Assembly: GCF_963921235.1 (NCBI RefSeq)
Contig: NC_086097.1
Location: forward strand, 53,198,001 to 53,262,000
DNA: 64,000 bases
Reading direction: 5' to 3'
From: Mobula hypostoma
Taxonomy: Eukaryota
The stretch's first letter is position 1. Each line of letters begins with the position of its first letter. The notes beneath the pieces were generated by a model. The model searched no databases. It was not told the origin of the DNA and worked only from the letters and a program-made list of their open reading frames with translations. Position numbers and translations under genes: made by a program. Shown one piece after another: positions 12,600-24,248 of the stretch.

Positions 12600-14550
12600 A
12601 GGGGCAGGACTGGCGGGTCAATATTGCATGGTTCCATTGTTTCAGACACGACAGAATGGGAGAGATTAAAGGAAGAGGAGTGGTGATACTGGTCAGGGAA
12701 AATGTCGCGGCAGTACTCCGTAAGGACAGATTGGAGAACTTGTCTAGTGAGGCTTTATGGGTGGAACTGAGTAATAAGTAAGGTATGACCGAGTTAACAT
12801 AGAAACATAGAAAACATATGGCACAATACAGGCCCTTCGGCCCACAAAGCTGTGCTGAACATGTCCCTACCTTAGAACTACCTAGGATTACCCATAGCCT
12901 CGATTTTTCTAAGCTCCAGATAGCCATCCAGGAGTCTCTTAAAAGACCCTATTGTTTCCACCTCCACCACCATTGCTGGCAGCCCATTCCATGCATTCAC
13001 CACCCTCTGCATAAAAAACTTACCCCTGACATCTCCTCTGTACCTACTTCCAAGCACGTTAAAATTATGCCCTCTCATGCTAGCCAATTCAGCCCTGGGG
13101 AAAAGCCTCTGACTATCCACACGATCAATGCCTCTCATTATCCTGTACACCTCTATCAAGTCACCTCTCATCCTCCATTGCTCCAAGGAGAAAAGGCTGA
13201 GTTCACTCAACCTATTCTCATAATGCATGCTCCCCAATCCAGGCCACATCCTTGTAAATCTCCTCTGCAACCTTTCTATGGTTTCCACAGGGGCTATATT
13301 AGAGACCACCAAACAGTCTGAGGGACTTAGAGGAACAAGCTTGTAGAGAGATTACAAACTGCTGCAAGGAACATAAGGTTGTTATAGTTGGTGATTTTAA
13401 CTTTACACAAATTGACTGGGACTCCCAAATTGTAAAAGGACTAGATGGGAGAGTTCGTCAAATGTGTTCAGGAAAGTTTCCTTAACCAGCCTGTAGAAGT
13501 CCCAATGAGCGGGTGTGCGATACTTGATCTGTTATTAGGGAATGAGACAGGGCAGGTGACAGAAGTTTGTGTAGGGAACACTTTGCACCTAATGATCACA
13601 ATGCCATTCGTTTCAAGGTAAGTATGCAAACAGATAGGACTGGTCCATGGGTTGAGATTCTAAATTGGAAAAAGGCCAATTTTGAAGGCATCAGAAAGAA
13701 CTTGGGAAGTGTTGATTGGGACAAGCTGTTTTCTGGCAAAGGTGTACTTGATAAGTGGGAGGCCTTCAAAAGTGAAGTTTTGAGAGTACAAAGCTTGAGG
13801 CACTGGTTAAGAAAAAGGAGGTACATAGCAGGTTGGAACAAATGAAGTGCTTATGGTCTAAGAAATGCAAGAAAGAGATCAAGAGGGCCAAAAGGCAAGA
13901 GATTGCCCTAGCAGACAAGGTGAAGGAGAATGCCAAGGGATTCTACAGATATGTTAAGAGCAAAAGAATTGCAAGGGACAAAATTGGTCCTTTGGAAGAT
14001 CGGAATGGTAATCCATGCATGGAACCAGAAGTGATGGGGGAGATCTTAAATAAGGTGGATAAATCTGCAGGGCCTGACAAGGTACTCCCTCGGACCCTGC
14101 AGGAGGCAAGTGCAGGAAGTGTTGAGGCCTTAGCAGAGATATTTAAATTATTCTTAGCAACAGGAGAGGTACCAGGAGATTGGAAGATAGCCAATGTTGT
14201 TCCACTGTTTGAGAAAGGCTCTAAAAATAAACCAGGAAATTATAGGCCACTGAGTCTGATATCAGTAGTGGGAAAGTTATTGGAAGGTATGTGGATAGAC
14301 ACGGACTGATTATGGATAGTCAGCAGGGCATTGTGTGTGGTAGGTTTTTGAGGAAGTCACCAAGAAAGTGGAGGAAGGCAAGGTAGTGAATGCTGTCTAC
14401 CTGGACTTTAGCAAGACATTTAACTCTGATGGGAGATTGGTCTAGAAGGTTCAGTTGCCTGGCAATCAAGATGAGGTAGTAAATTGGAGTAGACATTGGC
14501 TTTGTGGGAGAAGCCAGGGAGTGGTAGTAGATGGTTGCCTCTCTGATTTT
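12600..14550 (+). mobile_element. CR1 LINE ORF2 (endonuclease-RT), degenerate, interrupted by a younger CR1
   Basis: EN motifs (GGGV, GDFN, ILDL, DHN) followed by KSAGPDKV..VPGDWKIANVVPLFEKG..PGNYRPLSL. Confidence 0.9.
12797..13290 (-). mobile_element. CR1 3' fragment nested in CR1
   Basis: ERLQRRFTRM..RMRGDLIEVY..FFMQRVVNAWN; (TTTCTATG)n tail at 12797; the host CR1 resumes at 13291. Confidence 0.9.
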
Positions 14551-14619
14551 GCTTTTGTTGGGCTGTCTTAACAAGGAAATAAAAAGAAAAAAATACAGAT
14601 GGAGAAAATTTGAAATAAA

Positions 14620-14786
14620 AACAAAAAAATGCTGGAAACACTCAGGAAGTCCAGCAACATCTGTGGAAAAGAGTAACAAAGTCAAAGTTTCAGGACAATG
14701 ACACTTCATCAGATTTCTGAGAAAGGCTCTGGAGCCTGAAATGCAAGCTGTTTCTCTTTCCACTGATGATCTTTGGCCTGCTGGGT
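14620..14786. mobile_element. Two degenerate Penelope termini joined in opposite orientation
   Basis: Left arm AAATGCTGGAAACACTCAG...GTTTCAGG...TTCATCAG; right arm CTGAGAAAGG...CCTGAAATG...GATCTTTGGCCTGCTG. Confidence 0.6.
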
Positions 14787-14788
14787 TA

Positions 14789-15125
14789 TACTTTATACTT
14801 TATTGTCACCAAACAATTGATACTAGAACGTACAATCATCACAGCGATATTTGATTCTGCGCTTCGCGCTTCCTGGAGTACAAATTGATAGTAAATATTA
14901 AAAATTTAAATTATAAATCATAAATAGAAAATAGAAAAATGGAAAGTAAAGTAGTGCAAAAAAACCCAGAGGCAAGTCCAGATATTTGGAGGGTATGGCC
15001 CCGATCCGGGCCAGGATCCATTCAGCAGTCTTATCACAGTTGGAAAGAAGCTGTTCCCAAATCTGGCCGTACGAGTCTTCAAGCTCCTGAGCCTTCTCCC
15101 GGAGGGAAGAGGGACGAAAAGTGTT
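14789..15125 (-). mobile_element. Rex1/Babar-like LINE 3' end
   Basis: Tail tatactttatactttattg; 3' coding remnant typical of this family; homologous to 4518-4745. Confidence 0.75.
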
Positions 15126-15497
15126 TCTCCAGTAGTTTAAGGAACATGATGCTTCTATTACAATATTTCTAACCATGACCTGCAGACAGTATTTGAATTG
15201 AAATATCATCACAGTATGGTGGGTGACCATCTGATTTTCTAAAACAGTACTGCAGAAAGCAAGTTCTTATCATAGGAGCATTGACTCAAGATTCCACTGG
15301 AAAATATCAGAGTTCATTAATTTCATCTGTAGAAGAATTTATTAGTTCTAATTCATGGAATCTATATTGCTTAATGTCAATTTCACTTCCCTACCTATTT
15401 TACTAGGCAAGTTGCATTGCTTTCCCTTAAAGCCCCTGAGCCTTTGTTGGATGTTGGGAACCACGGCATTTTGATGCATCAAAAATGTAACCCTCAC

Positions 15498-15622
15498 CTC
15501 GCAAGTTCATCTGATGAGCTGGGGGTCCGTGGGATTCATCTTTACTTTTGTAGCAGGAAATGGAGGTGTCTTTAAATGTACTCCAGTATGGCTTGTAACC
15601 TTTCAACGTTAATTTCTTTGGT
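15498..15622 (-). CDS. FERMT2: FERMT2 coding exon (~exon 10, 125 nt): (K)[41 protein letters not shown](G), PH domain
   Basis: Kindlin PH basic motif; acceptor cctgcag|A, donor G|gtgagg; phase 2/1. Confidence 0.97.
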
Positions 15623-16389
15623 CTGCAGGCAGAAGGTTATTTTCAAAGAAAAATATCTATTAGCATTTAAACCACTTGCGGGTCAACATGAGTTTAACAA
15701 TTCCAACAATGTAACTTCCACCCGAGCTATCAGCTAGATTTATTGTCTGCAGTCACTGAGGTCATACTTTAACAAAAATTTTTAGTATGAAATCATGAAA
15801 ATGACAGAATATTTACCACACATATAAATAACACAATTGTATAAATAATGGGATTTTCTCTGCCAAAAGAAATATATCACTACTACCATACTCTCTTGAC
15901 TTTAAATGTACTATTTTGGTGACCACAGAGAAGAAAATCCTTTGAAAACAAATAAGACTACCATGAGCATTGCTGTCATACTTTACAGATCTTTGCAAAA
16001 AGCTTTACTATTGTTAAAGTGCGTTAGCTTCCAGAGGTCAAATACTGAAACTGTCAATTGAGAGATTGCCCTTTTGGGTATTGAGCCAACAGTTTACTCT
16101 TAGATAATCCATACACGTCAACAAGGGGAAAAAACTCATCAGCTTGTTGGCAAACGATCAGATAAGTACATTGTACACATATTTCTGCACCAGATATCCT
16201 GGGTAGAATATTAAAACTGAAAGTGGATGGGGGGGGGTGGGCGGAAGAAGGGTGAGGCAAGGTATTTTTATCCCACTGTGATGACTGGGAGTAGGAGCAT
16301 TTTGAATTACCACCTACTACCGGCAGCAGACTCCTAAGGGTATTTGCATGGTTGATGAAGCTGGCCAAAAGCAGTGTCTCAAATATGGG

Positions 16390-16804
16390 CAACACACATA
16401 AAAGTTGCTGGTGAACGCAGCAGGCCAGGCAGCATCTCTAGGAAGAGGTGCAGTCGACGTTTCAGGCCGAGACCCTTCGTCAGGACTAACTGAAGGAAGA
16501 GTGAGTAAGGGATTTGAAAGTTGGAGGGGGAGGGGGAGATCCAAAATGATAGGAGAAGACAGGAGGGGGAGGGATAGAGCCGAGAGCTGGACAGGTGATT
16601 GGCAAAAGGGATACGAGAGGATCATGGGACAGGAGGTCCGGGAAGAAAGACGGGGGGGACCCAGAGGATGGGCAAAGGGTATATTGAGAGGGACAGAGGG
16701 AGAAAAAGGAGAGTGAGAGAAAGAATGTGTGTATAAAAATAAGTAACAGATGGGGTATGAGGGGGAGGTGGGGCATTAGCGGAAGTTAGAGAAGTCGATA
16801 TTCA
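16390..16804 (-). mobile_element. Young 5'-truncated Penelope-like insertion
   Basis: PLE terminus with an intact hammerhead; perfect 11-bp TSD tcaaatatggg (16379-16389 / 16805-16815). Confidence 0.9.
16452..16487 (-). ncRNA. Minimal type I hammerhead ribozyme (Penelope-associated), intact core
   Basis: Minus strand AGTC-CTGACGA-AGGGTCTCGGCCT-GAAA-CGTC-GACT: stem I AGTC/GACT, CUGANGA and GAAA boxes, GUC cleavage triplet. Confidence 0.85.
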
Positions 16805-17329
16805 TCAAATATGGGTGCGGATTGAGGTTACAATGTCACTCTGCCACCACGAACTTTTTCAGGGTTGGTCAAAAGTCCCAACAGCTAGCTTGCTGAGTAA
16901 AACCATGTGAGATTCAATTCACAATCAGGTTGACAATAATCATTAAGTATCATTAAATTCACTCCAATTATACAGAGATGTGTGTTACAGCACTTCATGG
17001 AGCTCAGAAAGTTTCAGATTGTTTCTTCACTTTGTTCTCTCAGTACAATGTAGGCATTGTCAATGCACAACAAGAAATGTTTGACAACAACTGCTAGAAT
17101 TTATACAGCATCTTTAACAATTTGCCCGTGATGATTCTTGGTGAAGTTTATCAAACATTTCCCTCTTGATTAAGGGGGTCCAAGCAGAACATTTTAAAAA
17201 GGCTCATGGAGAGAGCTGCAAAGATCAGAGCTGTTGGGTAGGAGGGAAGAAAGCAGAATGGTGTTTGTAGATCAATAAAGACAAGCAACACGCAGTAGGG
17301 AATACTGAGGAAAAGATTTGAAATAGCAA

Positions 17330-17745
17330 AATAAAACAGGAGCTCAGGCCAGGCAGCATTTGCAGAGGGCAAAGTTTTGGGTCAAGACCCTTCATCTGGA
17401 CTGAAAGTTTATAGGGGAGATGTGAGGTGGGGCAAGAGCTGGCAAGTCAATCAGAGTGGGGAGGGGGGTGATTGTCAGATAGAGTCTGATAGGGAGGGAG
17501 AGGTGGTAATGCAACAATAGCAAAGGGGTGCAGAAGGTGGAATCTGATACGAAAAGAAGGGTGGAGCATGGAACCAAATCATCTCCACCAAATGAGGGTG
17601 GGGAGTCTGGTGTTGGGCATGTGTAGGATGGCTTGCTTAAATCATAAGGAGTGGGGGATGGGGAGAGAGAGGGGTGGGGAGGGGGTTGGGAGAGGGGGAG
17701 TAGATTACCCAAATTGTAGAATTCAATGTTCATGCCTTTGGGAAT
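17330..17745 (-). mobile_element. Old Penelope-like terminal fragment
   Basis: Degenerate PLE end (GGTCAAGACCCTTCATCTGGACTG) and GIY-YIG tail remnant (PKGMNIEFYN). Confidence 0.7.
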
Positions 17746-18834
17746 AAAGTTAAAAGGTTTAGCTACAGCCTGCAAGAATGTGTGCTCTTTATACTCTAGC
17801 CTATTGCCTAATTCTTTCCCAGTTATTGTCAAAACTGCTGACCATCCTAACTTGTTTAGCAGGTAGTCATAACGAGCATTACCCATCCCCCAGCACAGCC
17901 ACATTCAATAAGTCACGAATAGCCCATTTAGTAATGCCCACCACCACATCACCATTTTTTGGCTCCCTGATTATACTCTCGTAGTCAACAAGACACCAAC
18001 AGCTTTCATCCATCAGGAAAAACCATCATTCAATTAATGTCCAGCTGGGGCATGCAGACCTTAGAAATATCAAATAATTCGAAGTTTTAAAGGCAGCTGT
18101 CATGATATCTTTACCGTACAACTCTCATCCATTTCCTAGTTTTCCCTCCCTCTGAAGAATGTAAAAGGAGGTGGTGTCTACTCCCTATTCATGACCAATA
18201 ATTGTGCCTTTACACAGTTAGAAATGCTCACCCCTGGAGAAAGCTCATGAGATTTAGACACAGGGAACATTACCGAACATGTTATCCGATGATTATGATA
18301 ACTGGTATACGTAGACAGAGGTCCATTAAAATATGCCCCATCACGGAGTCTGCAGCAGACTCAAAGGCTGCATTGTGCACGGTATCAGCTTACTTCACAC
18401 AGTTTGCCTTTGGTTCCCTCCCCTCCCATCACAGGTGGTTGCACATGATACACAGTATTCTATGTCTTTGTGCCATTCAGACATGCTTATTTAAACAGAT
18501 GAAAAGATATCAGGTGCATCAGTAAAATGCAGAGCAAAGCAAAGATCAACTTTAAAAAGCTGGACTGTGTTAAGACTTACCCAGTACAATGCTCATTTCA
18601 TAGGAGCAAATGGCATTAAACAAGCAAAGCTTTTATAAGTTCAATCTGTTCTCTATTTCTCATAAAAAGAGAGGACCATTGGTAACGAAGGCAGCAAAAG
18701 CATGGGAGGAATAGTGGATAATACAGCAATCTGCTTATTTTGAACAAACACTCTTTCTGTAAGTGGGGAAATGAAATTCAAAGGAAAGGCCCCAAAAGGG
18801 AGCAAAATATGCCAATGGAAAATGAAAATCTTAC

Positions 18835-18884
18835 TTGAACACTTTTAAATGGTCAGCCAGTTCAGGAATAGAAGTGATATCACC
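18835..18884 (-). CDS. FERMT2: FERMT2 coding exon (~exon 9, 50 nt): GDITSIPELADHLKVF(K)
   Basis: Matches kindlin-2 GDITSIPELADYIKVFK; acceptor tttcag|GGT, donor AA|gtaaga; phase 0/2. Confidence 0.96.
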
Positions 18885-19206
18885 CTGAAACAAGAATAAG
18901 TTCTGAGTTAACAAGCTAATTTTGAAAAGATAAAACCTATTCTTGGTTAGTGAACTGCTTGAAGGTTAATCAACTGAATATTCCAAATATTTTCTAGCGT
19001 AAAAGTGGCAGGCACCGGTTTTAACAAAGAAAAATTATTATTGTCTTTTTTGAATTTGGAAGACAACACAGGTTAGGATATTTTAGTAGGATATTATAAG
19101 TATGATATTCAGCGTCAGAGTTGTACTACAAACAAAGAGGCCTTTCAACCCCAATCATTCATGCCTACTCTGAAAACATCAACACCTGATCCTGTTTTCC
19201 CACATT

Positions 19207-20743
19207 ACATAGAAACATAGAAAAACTACAACACAGTACAGGCCCTTCGGCCCACAAAGCTGTGCCAAACATGTACTTACCTTAGAACTACCTAGGATTA
19301 CCCATAGCCCTTTATTTTTCTAAGCTCCATGTACCTATCCAGGAGTCTCTTAAAAGACCCTATCGTTTCCGTCTCCACCGCCGCCGCCGGCAGCCCATTC
19401 CACGCACTCACCACTCTCTGCGTAAAAAACTTACCCCTGACGTCTACTCTGTACCTACTGCCAAGCACCTTAAAACTATGCCCTCTAGTGCTAGCTATTT
19501 CAGCCCTGGGAAAAGCCTCTGGCTATCCACACAATCAATGCCTCTCATCATCTTATACACCTCTATCAGGTCACCTCTCATCCTCTGTCGCTCCAAGGAG
19601 AAAAGGCCGAGTTCACTCAACCTATTCTCATAAGTCATGATCCCCAACCCAGGCAACATCCTAGTAAATCTCCTCTGCACCCTTTCTATGGTTTCCACGT
19701 TCTTCCTGTAGTGAGGCGACCGGAATTCAGCACAGTACTCCAAGTGGGGTCTGACCAGGGTCCTATATAGCTGCAACATTACCCCTCAGTTCTTAAACTC
19801 AATCCCACGATTGATGAAGGCCAATGCACTGTATGCCTTCTTAACCACAGAGTCAATCTGCGTAGCAGCTTTGAGTGTCCTATGGACTCGGACCCCAAGA
19901 TCCCTCTGATCCTCCACACTGCCAAGAGTCTTGCCATTAATGCTATATTCTGCCATCATATTTGACCTACCAAAATGAACCACTTCACACTTATCTGGGT
20001 TGAACTCCACCTGCCACTTCTCAGCCCAGTTTTGCATCCTATCAATGTCCCACTGTAACCTCTGACAGCCCTCCGCACTATCCACAACAACCCCAACCTT
20101 TGTGTCATCAGCAAATTTACTAACCCACCCCTCCACTTCCTCATCCAGGTTATTTATAAAAATCACAAAGAGTAGGGGTCCCAGAATAGATCCCTGAGGC
20201 ACACCACTGGTCACCGACCTCCATGCAGAATATGACCCATCTACAACCACTCTTTGCCTTCTGTGGGCAAGCCAGTTCTGGATCCACAAAGCAATGTCCC
20301 CTTGGATCCCATGCCTTCCTTACTTTCTCAATAAGCCTTGCATGGGGTACCTTATCAAATGTCTTGCTAAAATCCATATACACTATATCTACAGCTCTAC
20401 CTTCATCAATGTGTTTAGTCACATCCTCAAAAAATTCAATCAGGCTCGTAAGGCACGAGCTGCCTTTGACAAAGTCATGCTGACTATTCCTAATCATATG
20501 CCTCTCCAAATGTTCATAAATCCTGCCTCTCAGGATCTTCTCCATCAACTTACTAACCATTGAAGTAAGATTCACTGGTCTATAATTTCCTGGGCTATCC
20601 CTTCTCTCTTTCTTAAATAAGGGAATAACATATGCAACCCTCCAATCCTCCGGAATCTCTCCCGTCCTCATTGATGATGCAAAGATCATTGCCAAAGACT
20701 CAGCAATCTCCTCTCTCATTTCCCACAGTAGCCTGGGGTACAC
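19207..20743 (-). mobile_element. CR1 LINE RT and 3' UTR, relatively young
   Basis: IPEDWRVA..PGNYRPV, SGVPQGSILGP, KFADDTK, LYRTLVRPHLEYC; (TTTCTATG)n tail; few frameshifts. Confidence 0.93.
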
Positions 20744-20981
20744 CACTGTATCTTTTTACAACCTCTGCTCTCTTCTCCTTTACCAATACTTGTGTCATCA
20801 GCAAATTTACCAGTCTACTTCTACACTCTATTTGTACGCAATTGCAAATTTAGCTTAGAGGTTTCTGACAAAGTGACTTAACTGGCTGTCAGTACTTTGG
20901 ATTGATCTCGCTATCAGAAACACTCTTTCTAACTATCAGACAATTTTGATGAGCTGTTTTTTCACAAACTCTGTTTCTTTT

Positions 20982-21675
20982 CGTAAGGGGGTTTTGACTT
21001 TTATGTTACTGTGGAGGCTAATTAAAATGGCGTCTTTGTTATGTTAATCTGGGGAATGCAGCTTTGTTGTATTAAACGCTGAGAAAGTTTGCGTGAACAG
21101 TTTGTTTTTGCTTTAGTGTGTGATAAGAGAGTGCTATTAACCAATTGGGATAGTTGTTATGGTTTTGGTGTATTTGAAGATACTGTATGCGCGGGGTTTT
21201 GGGGCAGAAGGCGGGAGAGCGAGACAGAGGATGGATGAGGTGCTGTGAGTCTGCTGACGGGGTCAGACCCCGAGCGGGACGTTCTGCGAGGAGACGGAGA
21301 CGGACTCGTGTGGAGCGTCTGGTCGACCACCGCTGTGGGTCCCAGGCGGCCGGTCGAGGTGGTCCGAGGGGGTCGCAGGGTGAAGAAGAAGGTCCTTGTG
21401 CTCCAACGGTTTTTGTGCATGAAGAGATTGAACTTTGATAAGTGTGGCGCCTTTTATTTTCCTTTTATATTTTATTCTCTTTTAAATATATAGTTCCAGT
21501 AATATCTATAAACTGTAAATCAATTAATTGCATCTGGTGTATTGTCTGTTATTTGGGCGGGGTGGGGTACCTCACCCAGCATCCACACAAACGAATTACC
21601 CAGTTTGGCGGGGCCGAGGCTGTTTCCCTAGACGACAGCGAGCCGAGCGACCCTGAAGGTGCCGGGGCGGCTACA
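20982..21675. mobile_element. Solo LTR, about 694 bp
   Basis: CpG-rich block starting CGTAAGGGG (likely mutated TG) and ending GGCTACA; TTTT on both flanks as a 4-bp TSD; no internal domains. Confidence 0.7.
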
Positions 21676-21720
21676 TTTTTAACCACAAGGTAATAAAAAT
21701 ACAGCTGAGATGTAACATAC

Positions 21721-21855
21721 CAGAATGGTCGATGTTTTGCCACCTTCCAAGGTAATCTCCAAGTCAGAAAGGGCTGCATCGACTTCATCTACTTCTTTTT
21801 CACTGTTGTTCATGTGATTCTCAGATGACATAATAGATAATTTATTGATGTGGTA
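21721..21855 (-). CDS. FERMT2: FERMT2 coding exon (~exon 8, 135 nt): [45 protein letters not shown]
   Basis: Near identity to kindlin-2; acceptor ttcccccag|TAC, donor CTG|gtatgt; phase 0/0. Confidence 0.97.
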
Positions 21856-22446
21856 CTGGGGGAAACAAGATGCCACTTGATTTGAGTATTTTAAACGAAC
21901 AATTTCATTCTTCTCATAAACATTGTGGCACATGGTACAGAATCTGAGAAAAAAAACCTATAGTACTATATTAAACTGAACTCGAGATGACTTGTCTATT
22001 TTAAAGGCTGGCCTTTTTACTAGGCTGTTAGATGTCAGTTTTGGCTTAGACATGACATTCTCAACCAGAAAAAGTTTATGTGATTGAAGTCCAACTTGAG
22101 GCTGGAGAACATATACCAGGCTGGGGCCAGCAGAGGACTGATTGAAAGCTCCAAGATTCGGTCCTCATCTTCCCTTTCAGGAAGGTCTGAAAGACCCCAT
22201 GGCAGCAGAGGACAGAAGACCTCACATTTTTTTCTAATTATGTTTCATGTCCTGTCTGTTCATTCAACTTGTGTTTTCATCGAAGCCATCCCACATGTTG
22301 CAACACAGCTTTGTATCATCAGCAAATAGTGACATTACATTTGATATCCTTAATTAAATTACTGATTGTGAACAGCTGGAATCCAGTATCAGTCTCTGGT
22401 GATCCAATTATCATAGCCTCCCAATCAAAACATAACTTATTTGCCA

Positions 22447-23870
22447 AACAAGAGAGAATCTGCAGATGCTGAAAATCCAAACAACAGACAAAATGCTTCA
22501 GGAACTCAGCAGGCCATCTATGGAAAAAAAGTACAGTTGACATTTTGGGCCAAGACCCTTCGGCAGGACTGGAGAAAAAAAGATGAGTAGATTTAAAAGG
22601 TGGGGGAGGGGAGAGAGAAAAATACAAGGTGATAAGTGAAACTGGGAGGGGGAGGGATGAAGTAAATAGCTGAGAAGTTGATTGGTGAAAGAGATACAGG
22701 GCTGGAAAAGGGTGAGTCTGATAGGTGGGGACAGAAGGCCATGGAAGAAAGAAAAGCGGGGGAGGAGCACCAGAGGGAGGTGATAGGCAGGCAAGGAGAT
22801 AGGTGAGTGAAGGAAAAGGGGATGGAGACTGGTGAAGGAGAGGGTGGGAGTGGGGGTGGGGAGGGGAGCCATTACTGGAACTTCGAGAAATTGATGTTCA
22901 TGCCATCAGGTCGGAGCCTACCCAGATGGAATATAAGGTGTTGTTCCTCCAACCTGACTGTGGCCTCATCGCAACAGTAGAGGAGGCCGTGGACTGACAT
23001 GGCGGAATGGGAATGGGAAGTGGAATTAAAATGGGTGGCCGCTAGGAAATCCCGCTTCTTCTGGCGGACAAGGCATAGATGTTTGGCAAAATGGTCTCCC
23101 AATCTATGTTGGGTCTCACTGATATACAGGAGGCCACACTGGCAGCACTAGACACAGTATATAACCAACAGACTCACAGGTGAATTGTCACCTCAACTAG
23201 AAGGACTGTTTAGGGCCCTGGATGGTAGTGAGGGAGGAGGTGTAGGGGCAGGTGTAGCACTTGTTCCGCTTGCAAGGACAGTGCCAGGAGGGAGATCAGT
23301 GGGGAGGGACGGATGGACTAGGGAGTCACATAGGGAGAGATCCCTGCCGAAGCAGTAAGTGTGTGTGGGGGGGTGGAGGGGAGGGAAAGATGTGCTTGGT
23401 GGTGGGATCTCGTTGGAAATGGCGGAATTGGACGCAGGGGCTGGTGGGGTGGTAGGTGAGGACAAGAGGAACTCTGTCCCTGGTAGGGTGGAGGGAGGAT
23501 GGGGTAAGAGCAGATGTGTGTGATAATGGACAAAATGCAGTTAAGGGCAGTGTTGATGGTGGAGGAAAGGAAGCCCTTGTCTCTGAAAAAGGAGGACATC
23601 TCCTTTGTTCCAGAATGAAAAGCCTCATCCTAAGAGCAGATGTGGCAGAGACGGAGGAATTGAGAGAAGGGAATGTTACTTTTACAAGTTACAGGGTAGG
23701 AAATGGTATAGTCCAGGTAACTCTGAAGAGGCTGTAGGTTTGTAATAGATATCAGTAGATAACCTGTCTCCAGAGATAGAGACAGTGAGACAGAGAAAGG
23801 AGAGGGAGGTGTTGGAAATGGACCAGGTAAATTTGAGGGCAGAGTGGAATTTGGAGGCAAAGTTGATGGA
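22447..23870 (-). mobile_element. Penelope-like element, 5'-truncated, inside an older LINE
   Basis: SYLDYT..NIPFSQFLRLCHICS, DRVPLVLTYHP, GDHFAKHL..ATHFNS..LEEQHLIF; PLE terminus at 22447-22570. Confidence 0.9.
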
Positions 23871-24248
23871 CTCATTTGTTCAGCATTTGTACCCACTGTT
23901 TTCTATTGCAAACCAATTCTCTGTCTACACTTCAGCACATGATCCTCAACTCTCTGCACTTTCAAGTTTATTGTCATCTCATATGGCACCTTATTGAAGG
24001 ATTCCTAAGATCCCAATATGTTGCATAAACTGTCTCAACTCTTTTCTGCTAGTTAGAAAACCAAAAGATTGCAACAAGCTTTACAATCATGATTTTTTTC
24101 TTTTATATATGTATGTTGTCTCAGCCCAACCTTATTTCCCCAAGTTTTCTATACCAACACTTCCTTAATAATAGATTCCAGCATTTTCCCTACACCATCT
24201 GATGATATACCCCCATCCTGCTCACATTGTTCATTCTAAAGCCTACAC

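Noticed and set aside
18570..18660. Consensus donor GG|GTAAGT in the intron after the 50-nt exon
   Set aside because: No convincing acceptor and no kindlin-like coding sequence.
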